Shown: positions 48,628-61,140 of the stretch, in pieces | Layout: each line of letters begins with the position of its first letter | How positions within the stretch are numbered: position 1 is the stretch's first letter | The notes under the pieces: model-generated | What the model saw: the letters and a program-made list of their open reading frames with translations, nothing else | What the model was told of the DNA's origin: nothing | Databases searched by the model: none | Origin: Carcharhinus longimanus | Taxonomy: Eukaryota | Assembly (NCBI GenBank): GCA_030264375.1 | Contig: JASCQW010000099.1 | Span: 49,984,287-50,048,286 of the forward strand | DNA: 64,000 nucleotides | Direction of reading: 5' to 3' | Position numbers and translations under genes: made by a program

Positions 48628-50232
48628 CTTAGGAAGGATATGCAGCCAATTTCTCCGCCAGTAGGGAAGGAATTGAATAATTCCATCTAAGTCCATATTC
48701 AGGGTATCTTTTATACAGACTTAGAATGTTTTTTCACTGAGGAGTGCTTGAATTGAGAACAAGACTGATTTTTCACGTGGTCTATATCCCAGAAATCGGC
48801 ATCTGAATTGTCTGCTGATAAATGTCATTTAAACGTAATATTCACCAAAGAAAACTAAATGATGAACAGAAGTAGAGAAAAAATTGAAACAAAAGCTAAT
48901 GAAAGTTTAATATGCCCAAAATTGACAGAAACGGAAAATTTAAAGACTGTTAAAATTTGTAACTGTTCAATTCAAAAGGAAATGGTACTCAGGGTAACTG
49001 TGGCTTCTTGAGCTTTCCAGGTAACTAACTGTTCGGGAACTTTGAGTCACTGCTGCAGGAAATGCTGATGGTATTGTGGGAATTGACTAAGAAATTACTG
49101 ACTCTAGATCCAAATGTATAGATCGTTAAAATGCCAAAACTGCTGAAGAATCCTCAGTGAATGAATGTGGCTACTGATATTAACTTGTAGTCCATTTATA
49201 TTGGAGAAACACCCACAGAGGTAGTAGTCTTCTGCAGTCTCCCAACTGTCTTAAAATAACTGAATCAATCGCAGCTTATGTAGTTTGTTAAAAAAAATCA
49301 AAATTTTCTTCAATACCTTCATAAAACCACTTGACTTTGCAATTTGACGTTAGGACATGTTCTTCAGATATTCTGGCAGGCAAAGTTGGAAAACCAACTA
49401 TTAAAAATTTGCACTCAAATTACTGGTCTGTGGTACTGTGCCTCAAGTACCCACTATTGTAACTACAGCAGGTACATTGGATAGAGGAAAGGAATCAATT
49501 TTCCATCATGACAGGAGGAGGGGAGGGAGAAAAGCCACTTTGCAGCAAAATGTTAACTGGTTTTGGAAAGGCATTTGCCACCTCCCCCCCAAAGCATTTA
49601 CTGTGGAAGATAAATAATTAAAATGCAAAATACTGCATTTCTGTTTACATCATAGAGCACCAGTTGGGTCAGATACAACCCAGCTGTATTCCATGCATAT
49701 TCCACAGGACTTGGCAGCAGACATATTCATGTTTTAGTAAGTAAGTTTATGAAAGCTCAATTGCTGCAGATTTAAAGAAGTAAAAGTGATTAAATATGAC
49801 ATTGAACAGATGGAGACTATCTACTCGCCTGATGTATCTGGCTCTAATTATATTATCATTGGTTTCGCCTGGCTTGGAGGAGGTGTTTCCAGGGGCTGAT
49901 TTACAGTCATTTATAAAACACCTGTTTGGGAAAACTATCTGCCGACGGCCAATTTAAAAAAAAAATTCGCAGATGTGCTTTCTTCATGTCAGCACACTGT
50001 AAATATTCTCAGGCTTTATGAGGGAAGAGGAGAGGAGACAGTGAAAACATTTGTCCAGCATTTTTCTGTCATTCCATTTTAAGGTGTTTCTTTTGGGGTT
50101 CTCTACGATCTAAGTAAATTCATTTTTAAATGCAACTTGCAAACTGGTTTGACATTGGGATAAATGTGCATACAATGTTCTGCTCATTCTGTGTTGATGG
50201 AGACCTGATAATGTCTGCATTTGTTTCTCAAG

Positions 50233-50280
50233 GTTTTACTTGTGTTGGATTGCAGAACACAGGAGACCTTCATTTTAAAA
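50233..50280 (+). CDS. RPS6KC1: RPS6KC1 48-nt exon (kinase-like beta2-beta3)
   Basis: TTTCTCAAG|GTT...AAA|GTAAGC; VLLVLDCRTQETFILK. Confidence 0.95.
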
Positions 50281-51109
50281 GTAAGCAGCTGTTTACAATT
50301 CTTACTATTTCACGGCTCGATTATAAAAATGCAACTTTGCCATTTAGTTACTGTTTGCTGTCGGGTATCCCCAATCAACCATCTCATGTCTGGATCCCAT
50401 TCCCACCGTTGGGATGAAATGTGGAATGGGAACGGGAAAGTCCCAGTGGCTGGACCATGAGAGAATTTTGTTGGAGGCAGCCATGAAACTCTGTACAAAC
50501 TAAATTGGCAAACAGGCTCCTAAATCTTGAGGACGAATATCCTAAAAGTTCACAGACCACTGTCAGGTGGGCACTGCTGAAGATTACAGAGAGGTGCGAG
50601 GGCATGTCCATTCCTGGTTGCTGATTACATATAGGGGATACAAGAAGGGCCAAAGGGTTTGGGGTCATTAGACAATAGAGGGTAAACCCCTTCCCTCCCA
50701 CAGTAAGGAGCACTGTCACAGATGCAGCCGTTTATTAGCTTGGCACCTTCCCCCATTGAATGGAACATTTAATCTGTCTACCTAACCTACTCCTGTAAAT
50801 CCATCACGTTTTACAGATGATCTCTGAGCTCAAACAGCACCCCATATGCAGGCTGGCCATCAAGGGTGCTGCCCCGCATCCATGGGCCCTAGTCTTTCTC
50901 TTGTTCCCCTGCTTGCCTCAGTTCTACTGTTGTAATATTGGAGGGAAAAGAGAGAAATTGCACCAGATCTTTGTGCGGAGTGCCAGTGAGAATCTGTTTG
51001 CCCCAAGACTGATGATAGTAAGGCCAGACTTGATGCACCTTTTTGATTTTGTAGTCATTTGCTCGTTTAAAAGTCTGGATGGAAGCATACAAAGTTGTTT
51101 CAAGTTACA

Positions 51110-51270
51110 TTCCAGAGACTTGGGCACACAATCTGGGCTGATACTAATGCAGTGCTGAGGGTGCTGCCTTAAATGGATATAGAGATACCATGGTACCAAT
51201 TTGAAGAAGAGCAGGGCAATTCTCCCATTGTCCTGCCAACTGTTCACCCCCCCACTAACCAATATATGCT
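51110..51270 (+). mobile_element. DeuSINE fragment
   Basis: CAGTGCTGAGGGTGCTGC and TTTGAAGAAGAGCAGGG as in 31815-32200. Confidence 0.55.
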
Positions 51271-54065
51271 GATAAAAGTACTGAACTGAGCATGATTGGA
51301 ATTTTGTTTTGTGTGGGTGAAGGAGGAAAGGAGCTTACTGTATTGGCCTTTCACCTGGAGAAGACAAATTTAAATTCTGCTAAGGCAGATGGAATGGAAT
51401 CTGTGTTTCGATCTCTGTCTCTTTTTAGCTTGACAGCTGTTATCATAAATGAAAACAGTTTGGGCACTCTCAGTCCATTTTAGGCAGCAGAAAACTGCCT
51501 GCAATTAATCACCAATTGACAATAATTCAACAATCACATACAAAGGTGCCTTAAGGATGACTGATTTCAGAAGCAGACATCTCTCAGGCTGGTAAGGTAC
51601 AGGGTGCTCTTCCCAATTTGGGTGTGTTATTGCAGTTCCACTTGTGCTGCACTGATGCTCAGTGAGAGTAAAATGAGTCTTCTCCCGCTACCTATTCTTT
51701 GTCTCGGTAACTCATTCTAGGTGACCTTTTATGCATTACTGAATTACCAATTTGTCAGTGAGGAAAAAAAATAGTGAGCCAGCCCTTTATTGTGGATCAC
51801 TTTTTAATATATAGTCAATGGAAATTCCAGTTGGCCTAGATATGTTGGTCAAAATGGTTGTTAATTTTGGGACTTGGCTGATTTACTTACTATTTAGGAT
51901 AATAGTAAAATTCCAACATGTTTCCAAACCGTTTTTCTATAGTCATAATTATCTTTAATGATTTCTAAATGAAATCCTCCCATGTGCTTATGTAACAATG
52001 TATATGTGTCAGTGAATCTTGATATATACATATGTGTATATACGTATTTATACATATAATGGTTATATATGTGTGTATGCGGGAGTGTATATATAAAAAT
52101 CATCTTATTATATTCCTGCCGCGTATTTCACGACAGTGGAGTTGGCCCACTGTTGGCCAGCGGCAGGATCTTCTGGTCTCGCCGTTGTCAGATTGTCCTG
52201 TTGAATGCACCCCTTGCCACCAGGAAACCTGAGGGGGGGAGGGGAGAGGGGGTTGGGCACAGTTGGTGGGGCCAGAAGGTACCACCCTCGTGAACGGCCA
52301 GAACCTCTCCAATCGTCCCCCCCAAATCGTCCCAACCCTGATCACTTCTGACCCCTCACCTTCTGATGCTAAGCCTGAACCCTAATCATTCGCAGTTCTG
52401 ATTGCTCGTGCTCCCAACCTTAAATTGCTGGTACCTTGCCTTTCTGACTCCAGGCTTCCCATCCCAAACAGATCTTGACCTGGGCTCCTGATGACTTAAC
52501 CAACCACTTTCAACACGCACCAATCCCAACCCCAAGCCCCTGACCTGATCCCAACTCCTGCCTCATGTTTTTCAGGATCACCAACCCAATCTCACACCCA
52601 GCCTCCTGACTTCAGGGCCTTTGCCCCAAATTGATTTCGTAGCTCCTGAGACCCCAAGGGCCAGACTCGAGACAGGTAACTCGTCAGGAAATTTCCTGAC
52701 TTGGCAAACCTGCATTGGAAACAGTACCCCAACAGAGTGGGGCCTGCCTTCCCCAGAAGCAGTTCAGGTGTGGCTGAATGCTGAGGCACGCAGGCTTGGT
52801 TTTCTGGAACTGTGCCCCAGTTGTTTAGTTACATTTGATGCCCTCTAACCATTACATCCCATCACCTACCCATCAGCTCCCTATGCGAACTCATGTCCCC
52901 ACACCCACCCCCATTAGAGCTGCCAAGCCAACTTATCGCCCTTAAATGGCCACTCAGCCAGTATATTCTTCGTACAGAGCCAATGAACCGTATGTAACAA
53001 TAATGTGTGTGAAACTGCTTTAAAACACCCATTCCAAATTCTTTAGAAAATTGTGTTCCTTACAACCGTATAATCATCAGACTATTAAAAGTATCAATAA
53101 AATAAGCTTTAAGCACTTCATTCTTAATCTTGTGCAAATAAACTTTGAAAAATTGACAAAAAAGAACTTGTAACCACATAAAAATGATGAACAAGCAAAG
53201 TCAACAGCTCTATCCAGGTGTGTAAGTAATCTCCCACTCACATCATCATTTCATGTGGCTGGTCTCTTTGCCATGCCTCATTATATATACTTGTATTTTT
53301 TTCCTAAGCAATTTCACACATGCTATTGTTACTACAGGATTCACCGGTTCTGTACCGAGTGTATACTGGATGAATGAGCATGGAAAGGCCAAGGTTTCGC
53401 ATGGAGGGTATGATGGGCCATTGGGGTGGGTGGGTGAGGGGGACATGCCATTGAGTCTCGATGGAAGGGACATGGGAACATTAATAAAACCTTTTGAACT
53501 TAACTTTCAAAAATGTTCCTAAATCCAGACTATAGTTCAAAACCTCTGAGGTCCGTGAACCATGAGTCATGAAAAAGCTGGCTAGGTTATGTGGAAATTC
53601 TGGTGGTGGTTGGGGTGCCCCTAGGAGATCCCCACAATGGAATTGACCAGGTCAGGAATGCAGGGTGTAGGCTTGCTGCCAGCACCCTTATTGCATGCCA
53701 GTGAAAATTAGGAGTGCCAGGAAGCAGGTTGAGAATCATGAAATTGGGTCCCATTCGCCATTTTAAAATGTCCCTAACCTTTGTCAGGACATAGTAGAGG
53801 CATGAAAATCCAGGCCACTGACGCAGCTAGCTGATCAACTGCACCAACCCACACATCTCCCAACCGTTGTCTCATTACCACATGGTCGACCCAAACCCAA
53901 TTATCTGAAGGTCCGAAGGTAGATTTTACTCTAGTCTTTGCTGCTGAGCTATTGCACCGTGTTAATTGCATTACTGAGACCCAGTATTGGAGCCACCTCA
54001 AACCTCACTGTTTAGGTAAACTCAACTATCTAGGCCACGATCTTGCTGGTAAATTTTCTGTTAAT

Positions 54066-54770
54066 ATAGAAACATAAAAGATAAAAAGGAGGCCATTTGG
54101 CCCTTCGAGCCTGCTCTGCCATTCATTACAATCATGGCTGATGGCTCAACTCAGTCATGCTTTCTCTCTATAACCTTTGATCCCATTTGCCCAAAGTGCT
54201 ATATCTAGCTGCCTCTTGAAAATGTTTAATGTTTTGGCATCAACTACTTCCTGTGGTAATGAATTCCACAGACTCACCGCTNNNNNNNNNNNNNNNNNNN
54301 NNNNNNNNNNNNNNNNNNNNNNNNNNNNNNNNNNNNNNNNNNNNNNNNNNNNNNNNNNNNNNNNNNNNNNNNNNNNNNNNNNNNNNNNNNNNNNNNNNNN
54401 NNNNNNNNNNNNNNNNNNNNNNNNNNNNNNNNNNNNNNNNNNNNNNNNNNNNNNNNNNNNNNNNNNNNNNNNNNNNNNNNNNNNNNNNNNNNNNNNNNNN
54501 NNNNNNCCTGGTAAACCTTCACTGCACTCTCTCGAGAGCAAGAACATCCTTCCTCAGAAAAGGAGACCAAAACTGTACACAGAATTATTGCTGTGGCCTC
54601 ACCAAAGCCCTGTATAATTGCAACAATACATCCATGCTCCTGTACTCAAAACCTCTCGCAATGAAGGTCAACATGCTGTTTGCCACCTTTACCGCCTGCT
54701 GCACCTGCATGCTTACCTTCAGCGACTGATGCACAAGGATACCCAGGTCCTGCTGCACAGTCCCTCTCCC
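54066..54770 (-). mobile_element. CR1 LINE 3' part (gap 54282-54506)
   Basis: AVSLWNSLPQEVVDAKTLNIFKRQLD...GIKGY; tail GGCCATTTGGCCCTTCGAGCCTGCTC. Confidence 0.9.
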
Positions 54771-54849
54771 AATTTAATTGAGCCATCATTAAACAAGAAT
54801 CTGGTGTTCTGTACTTCTGTGTGTTAGTGCAATATGAATCGATACAACC

Positions 54850-55370
54850 CATACGAACATACAAATTAGGAACAGGAATAGAACCTGTGGTCCCATAAGG
54901 CTGCTGTTTCATTTGCAATGATTATGGCTGATCTTTTTATGGCCTCCACTTTCCTGTCTACCTACTGCACCCTTGGATTCTTGAGTGACAAAGCAGTCAA
55001 TCTAATAACCCTGCATCTGCTGTTGTCTAGGGAAGAGAACTTTCACAGCCTAACAATCCTCTGAGAGAAAAACAAAATTGTCCTTGCCTCCAACTGAAAT
55101 GGAAGACCCCTTGGGTGGGATTCTCCAGCCTTCCAGCTATGTCTTTCTCGACGGCAGGAGACAATGTGCCATTCGGGGGCAGCAGGATTCTGTGGTCCCA
55201 GCGCTGTGAATGGGATTTCCCGTTGAAGCCACCAGGAAACCTGCGGGTGGGTGTTTGCTGGTGTAAACAGCCGANNNACAGCCGAAGAATCCTGCCCCTT
55301 TAAACTCTCTCTCCTGGTCTAGCCTCTCCAATAAGGAGAAATGTCTTTTCAGCAGAACCTGCTTACAGTC
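54850..55370 (-). mobile_element. Older CR1 3' end, interrupted by a MITE
   Basis: CATACGAACATAC tail, ATTATGGCTGATCT, CAATCCTCTGAGAGAAAA. Confidence 0.65.
55113..55297. mobile_element. Harbinger/PIF-type MITE
   Basis: TIRs GGGTGGGATTCT / AGAATCCTGCCC with CTT direct repeats at 55110-55112 and 55298-55300. Confidence 0.75.
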
Positions 55371-55483
55371 TACAGCCTGAAAATTCACACTAACCTTTTA
55401 TTAGCCTGTGTGGTTTTCTATATAAAATTCTGTTGCATTTGTTCTGAGAAAAATAACCTAAGTATTATTCTGATGACTTAGTT

Positions 55484-55513
55484 GAGAGAGAGAGAGAGAG
55501 AGAGAGGGAGAGA
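55484..55513. repeat. (GA)n microsatellite
   Basis: Directly visible, one interruption. Confidence 0.95.
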
Positions 55514-55762
55514 CTAATAAAAACGTTGACCCGTGTAATTGATTTTAATGGCAGCTCAGTGCCATCCTCAGTGTGTTGGATAGCAGCCAAGTGCCATCAG
55601 TTAGGCCTTGGGGAGCTCGGGGCACCGAGCAGAAGATGAAGAGGACTAACTGGTTTTCTGAAGCACAGAATAGCACAAATAGATTAGTGTAGTGGATAAG
55701 TGCGGAGCACAGCATGTTCTAAAGCAGCAGAGAGTACAACTGACCTTTCTGTTCTCTGTCAG

Positions 55763-55895
55763 AGTCTGAGGAAAAGCAGTGAGTGCAGCAGGAAAAGAAA
55801 GACCATCATTCCCCGCTGTGTGCCCAACATGGTGCAATTGAAGAAGCAAATCGTCTCTGAAGACTCCATCTTTCTTTTGCTGCAGTATGCAGAAG
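55763..55895 (+). CDS. RPS6KC1: RPS6KC1 exon (kinase-like N-lobe)
   Basis: CTCTGTCAG|AGT...GAAG|GTGTGT; SLRKSSECSRKRKTIIPRCVPNMVQLKKQIVSEDSIFLLLQYAE. Confidence 0.95.
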
Positions 55896-56494
55896 GTGTG
55901 TGTGCTTCTTTATTGTGTTAAATTTAACCAGATTTGTGAGCTCACTTTTAACTTGCTGTTCAGTTCAACAGATTCCTTCCAAGAAAAGAATCTTCCATAA
56001 GCATTTTGTGAGGAGTAAGATACATTATTGTCACATTCTTGCAACATATTCCATCAAGAGACGATATTGCTTTTGGTAGGGAGTCCTAGGTGAGATACTA
56101 CAGTCTGTGTTCTATGGGTGAAGTGTGTAATTTAGCATACAGGTTGTGGCAAGTAAGACAGATTTTTCAAATGTTTGCAGTTTGATCAATCTTCCCCTAA
56201 TGCTGTGCAGATTGGGTCAATTGGAATTTTTAAGACCCGAGTTTGATAAATGTTTGAGAGTTATGGGTAGAGGGATGTAGAACAATGGCAGATAAATGGA
56301 GTTGAGTTAAGTTTATTTGTGCATCAGCCATGGCTAATGGAACGCTGGAACAGATTCAGAGGGCCTTCCAGTCCTATGTTCATTTATTTAATAAATCCCG
56401 TCCTTGAGCAACATTCAAATGATTTCAAGTCCTGGAAAAGCCTTACTGCCATGGGGAAAAATCATTAAACAATTCCTGTGACAATTTTTTGTTA

Positions 56495-56857
56495 AATTCA
56501 TTTTATGGGACAGCAGTGTCGCTAGCTGGGCCAGCATTTATTGCTTGTCCCTAACTGCCCTCCATTTCAGAAGACATTTGAGAGTCAACCGAAGTGCTGT
56601 GGGTCTGGAGTCACATGTAGGTTGAACCAGGTAAGGACAGCAGATTTCCTTCCCAAAAGGACATTATTGAAGCAGATGGGTTTTTACAACAATCAACAAT
56701 GGTTTCACAGTCATCATTTAACTTTTAATTCCAGACTTTTATTGAATTTAAATTTTTCACTATCTGCTTTGGCAGGATTTGAACCCGGATCCCCAGATCT
56801 TGCTCTAGATCTCTGGATTACTAGTCTAGTGACAATACCACTGCACCACTATCTCCC
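56495..56857 (-). mobile_element. tRNA(Thr)-like-headed SINE, second copy
   Basis: Colinear with 48280-48627 (CAGATTTCCTTCCC.AAAGGACATTA, ACTAGTC.AGTGACAATACCACT). Confidence 0.75.
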
Positions 56858-57762
56858 CTTAAATTTATGAATTGTCAGGGGCAGGAGTTTTCACTCTGTA
56901 TCCCAGCCAATACTGGCTGCCCCACAGCCATTTGACGCTCCTTTGAGCCTTAATTAGATAGCAAGAGGTCTTCTACCCTCATTTAGGAGGAAATCCCAGC
57001 TTAGAGACTGCCCGACACTCTGATTGTCTGGCACCCCTGTAGTCGCAACAGCCCCAGGCTCAAGTGCTGGTGGACGCTGCTGCAACTACAGGCAATCCCT
57101 GAAGCAGAGATGCTAAAGGAAGCTGGTCTGTAGATAAATCTGGGGTACCGGTGGGTACTGGCTGGCAGGGGCTGGGTTTGAGAGGTAGGTGTGGGAGGAG
57201 GAGGGATAAAGAGGCGGGGGGAGCATGCGACCTTGTGGGGAATGCTTCTGATGGCAAAGGGAACCTCCAAAGGAGTTTTCACAATGATACCCCAAACCCC
57301 CGCCACATCATTACCATACCTTCAAACTCACTATTGGGAAATTATAAGAAAACTGCCCCAGTTCTTCTTAAAATAAAAGTAGTTTAATGGAACCAGGTTT
57401 CCTTTTACAGTTTTTCACAGCCAAGATGGCTTCCACCTGTGTACAAAGAACGCTCAACTGATTATTTGTTGATGCAGTCACTAAATAAACCTCATTAAAA
57501 TGCAGTGAATTTCTGTCCAGATTAATCCCATAAGAAGAAAAGAAGTAGGATTTATTTTGTATTTATATGTTAATGCTAGAGGACAAGAATATTTTGCATC
57601 TTCACCATTTCAGTTAGCGCAATGGCAAAGGTTTCATTCAAGCACAATTGCATCAGTCTCACTACACCATACCGAAAGCTCAACCAAGTCACAGAGTGAT
57701 TTATTTCACACGAGTAAACACGTGCCTTATTCAAACAGAATGTCAAGAGAACAAAATACTTC

Positions 57763-58773
57763 CGGATGGGATCTTGAGCACTTGCTCTCTATCCGCGACG
57801 TTGCCAGCGGGTCACAAGATTCTGTAAAACGCAGAAATCACAAATCTCGCCTGCAAGATCGCCAATTCCAATTTTCGCCACCCCTCGTCCGCGACATCAT
57901 CAGGTTCGATGACCCAAAATGGGTGAGAACCTGATTTACATTAAGATCCCCTTGCTAGATGTCTCTCGCTGCCATGAGTTTTTTTCCAACAGGTTCATCC
58001 AGATGTGAACCTGTCGTGGGGGTCCAGTAGCACAAGTATCACTATAGCATTTGGGAGATGGGGCGTGGTGGGGCAGTAACCAGGCCATATGTCCTGGCAC
58101 AGGTTGCCATTGCCAACCTGGCCAGGGGGCAGTGCTGAGCTGGGACCTAGGGGAGCCACGGATACGCAGACTCATTTGTGGTGGGGCAGAGCAGACACTG
58201 AGTGGTGGGGATAATTGTAGGGNNNNNNNNNNNNNNNNNNNNNNNNNNNNNNNNNNNNNNNNNNNNNNNNNNNNNNNNNNNNNNNNNNNNNNNNNNNNNN
58301 NNNNNNNNNNNNNNNNNNNNNNNNNNNNNNNNNNNNNNNNNNNNNNNNNNNNNNNNNNNNNNNGAAGGGGGGTGGTATTTCAGCGATGATCTGGAGTGGA
58401 AAGGGGGGGGTATGCCAGAGATGATTGGGAGGGGATGCTGGTGATGTTCGGTGGGGGTGGGGAGGAGGGGATGCTGGTGATAATCATGGAGAGACTGTGC
58501 TGGAGAAGGTCACCAGTGCCTCCTTGCCGGATGGGTGGGGACGGGAGGGGGGGCGTTGGTGGTGGTGGTGGTGGTGGTGGGGCGGGGGGGTGAGTGGTTG
58601 GGTGATTAACTTTGGTTCCTGTGAAGGGCACCTCAATCTGAGTGCCCACTACTTTTAAACTGGCTGTTAAAACGATGAGAGCTGGAGAGAACGTTGGTGA
58701 ATGGAGCTGGAGAGTTCCACACCAGTTTTCCATCAGAACTGACACACTGCCAAATTCTTGTAAGATTCTGCTC
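57763..58773. mobile_element. Approx. 1-kb non-autonomous Harbinger-like element with G-rich interior and gap
   Basis: Ends GGATGGGATCTTG / GTAAGATTCTGCTC; CpG-rich left part; (GGT)n near 58555-58580. Confidence 0.5.
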
Positions 58774-60304
58774 CCCCAAATTTGACAATGTGGAAAAATT
58801 GGACTAAAATCTTTTACCAGAGGATCTTCCTAGATTGTCGTGGTTTGCCTGCGATGATTGGGAGGAGGGGAGGTACGTCTGCAATCATCAGGGAGTCTTC
58901 CTGTGGAGACTTATCGTTTTAGCTTTCTGCTCTTCTGAAAATCGCCTGCATCTATGATTACATTGTTCGTTTAATGCACACACTGGACACATTGGAACAG
59001 TGTAGCAAGTGCATTTTGATTACCCCTTCCCAAAGTGGGAAACCAGGATGTTATCCAAAGGACATGTCTGAAGTTTCGCATTCTATGGGTATTTGAACAC
59101 AATATAAAATGTGCGTTATCATATCAATACTAATTTTCACAACTTGGATGCTGAGAAACATCACCACCTAATACCCCCCATGCCGCCTCCTTGACCTCCC
59201 CCCCTCCACTCGCCCTCCTCAACCCTCCACTCCCCATCCTCCTGACTCACCACCTCCTGCAAAGAGACCCTGACCAGACCTCCAATACAGAACCATCAGT
59301 GAGCAGTTACAGTGGAAATCTTGCAGATCAACAGTATTGCATTTCTTTTGGGGGGTGGGAGTGGGGGAAGGTTGCATTGGGTGCAATGGATGGTGTTTGA
59401 CACCAAGTTGCACAATTTAGTACTGGTGTGGTACTGTACTTCTTGTATTGAGCTTAAATGGTATATTTAACCTTTACAATCCAACACAAGCCATTTATGA
59501 CCAGTGCACGGGGTACAACTAAAATACTGAGTGGAATCTGATGCCGGAATTTTACTGCCTCGCCCACCTGAGGCTATTGGAGAATGCTATCCTGCAAGCC
59601 TCGGGCCACCCTGATTCTGGGGCGGGTATGCCGGTAAAATTTCAGCTCGAGAGTCTAACTCTGCTCCCTGCAGCAGTGTCACAAATGACTCTGGGAAATC
59701 CATTGCTAATCTAGTTCTTAGTGCAGAGTAATTTCATCACCTTTTGTACTCCTCGTGTAGACATTGACCCTGAAAGGTATTTTTCTGAAGCTCTCTTACT
59801 TACAGCCTTACATATGAAACAGAAGGTAAATAAGAATCTCTTTATTGCTTTGCAGTATCTGGACCTGTTTTCATGCATGTGTCCTCCAATACAAGCATTT
59901 AGAAGTGTTTACATGTCACATATTTGTATTAGGCAGTACTATTTCCTTGCCATATTATAGAATAAAATTATTCCTGAGTTCAACAGCTTGCTAACTTATT
60001 GGTGGAGTACTGGAGTGCCATTCACGGAATGCAGTTTTGAATTCTGGTCTCGTTTACCTTTCAGATACAAAAATATTCTTAAACTGAATATTCCAAGCCT
60101 AGTCTGTAATGTACAAACGTGTTAGATAAAGCCCCTCATGGTAATAGAGTCCTTTTGTTAGTGGAGGAAAAACTAATGTTAAGTGCTGTCTTATACTGTA
60201 AAGCATTTTAGGCTGGGCCTTGTCACAGCAGCTCCATTAATTAGAACTTTTTTCTATTCCTTTTAGCTTAATGTTGTTTTGCACTGTAACTTGCTTCAAG
60301 CTCA

Positions 60305-60584
60305 AGTTTTGAGTTTATTTATTAGTGTCACAAGTACATGAAGTTACTGTGAAAATTCCCTAATCGCCACACTCAGGTGCTTGTTCGGATACACTGAGTG
60401 AGAATTTAACATGGCCAATGCACCTAACCAGCATGTCTTTCAAACTTTGGGAGGAAACTGGAGCACCCAGAGGAAACCCACGCTGACACTGAGAGAATGT
60501 GCAGACTCTGGACAGTGACCCAAGCCAGGAACTGAACCTGGGTCTCTGGTGCTGTAAGGCAGCAGTGCTAACCACTGTGCTACC
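60305..60584 (-). mobile_element. V-SINE with HE1-like head but a different (Rex1-like) tail
   Basis: Head GGTAGCACAGTGGTTAGCACTGCTGCCTTACAGCACCAGAGACCCAGGTTCAGTTCC; tail ...TGTGACACTAATAAATAAAC. Confidence 0.8.
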
Positions 60585-60914
60585 ATGAGCTGATAGTGAA
60601 GTGACAAAAAAAAATGGGGCATCACAGTGATGTTACCTAGGACGTCACTGAAACATGGGACCAACAGTATTTCACCTTAAGCAATGGGATTTATGGTGGT
60701 CACAAAAAAAGAGGAATAATGGAGCAGGAGAGCAAATTACATGCAAACCAGGCGCGGAAAGAGAAATCAAGAGAGGGGGAGAAAAGATTTGATTGAGGGA
60801 GAGAGAAAAGTAAGGTAATTTTAAAAAATACCATTCTAAATACTTCAACAATATCCTACTCAAAGGATTAAATTGTTCAGGTTTTTGAGCCAGTGAAGTT
60901 GATTGGCATTGTAT

Positions 60915-61140
60915 TAGAACAAAGAAAATTACTATACAGGAACAGGCCCTTCAGCCTCCAAGCCTGCACCGACCATGCTGCCCAACTGAATTAAAATCTC
61001 TTACCCTTCTGGGGACTGTATCCCTGTATTGCAATCCTATTCATATATTTGTCAAGACACCCCTTAAAAGTCACTATTGTAGCTCCTTCCACTACTTCCC
61101 CCAGCAGCGAGTTCCAGGCACCCACCACCCTCTGTGAAAA
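60915..61140 (-). mobile_element. CR1 3' end
   Basis: ACAGGAACAGGCCCTTCAGCC...CAGCGAGTTCCAGGCACCCACCACCCTCTGTG. Confidence 0.8.

Noticed and set aside
7880-49026. YAG|GT motifs as recursive splice sites (about 7888, 8979, 20326, 47480, 49019)
   Set aside because: Weak pyrimidine tracts or weak donors; expected by chance in introns of this size
21544-55478. Other CTGATGA hits (about 21545, 27187, 29362, 32698, 43137, 51009, 52487, 55470) as hammerheads
   Set aside because: No correctly spaced GAAA with stems I-III
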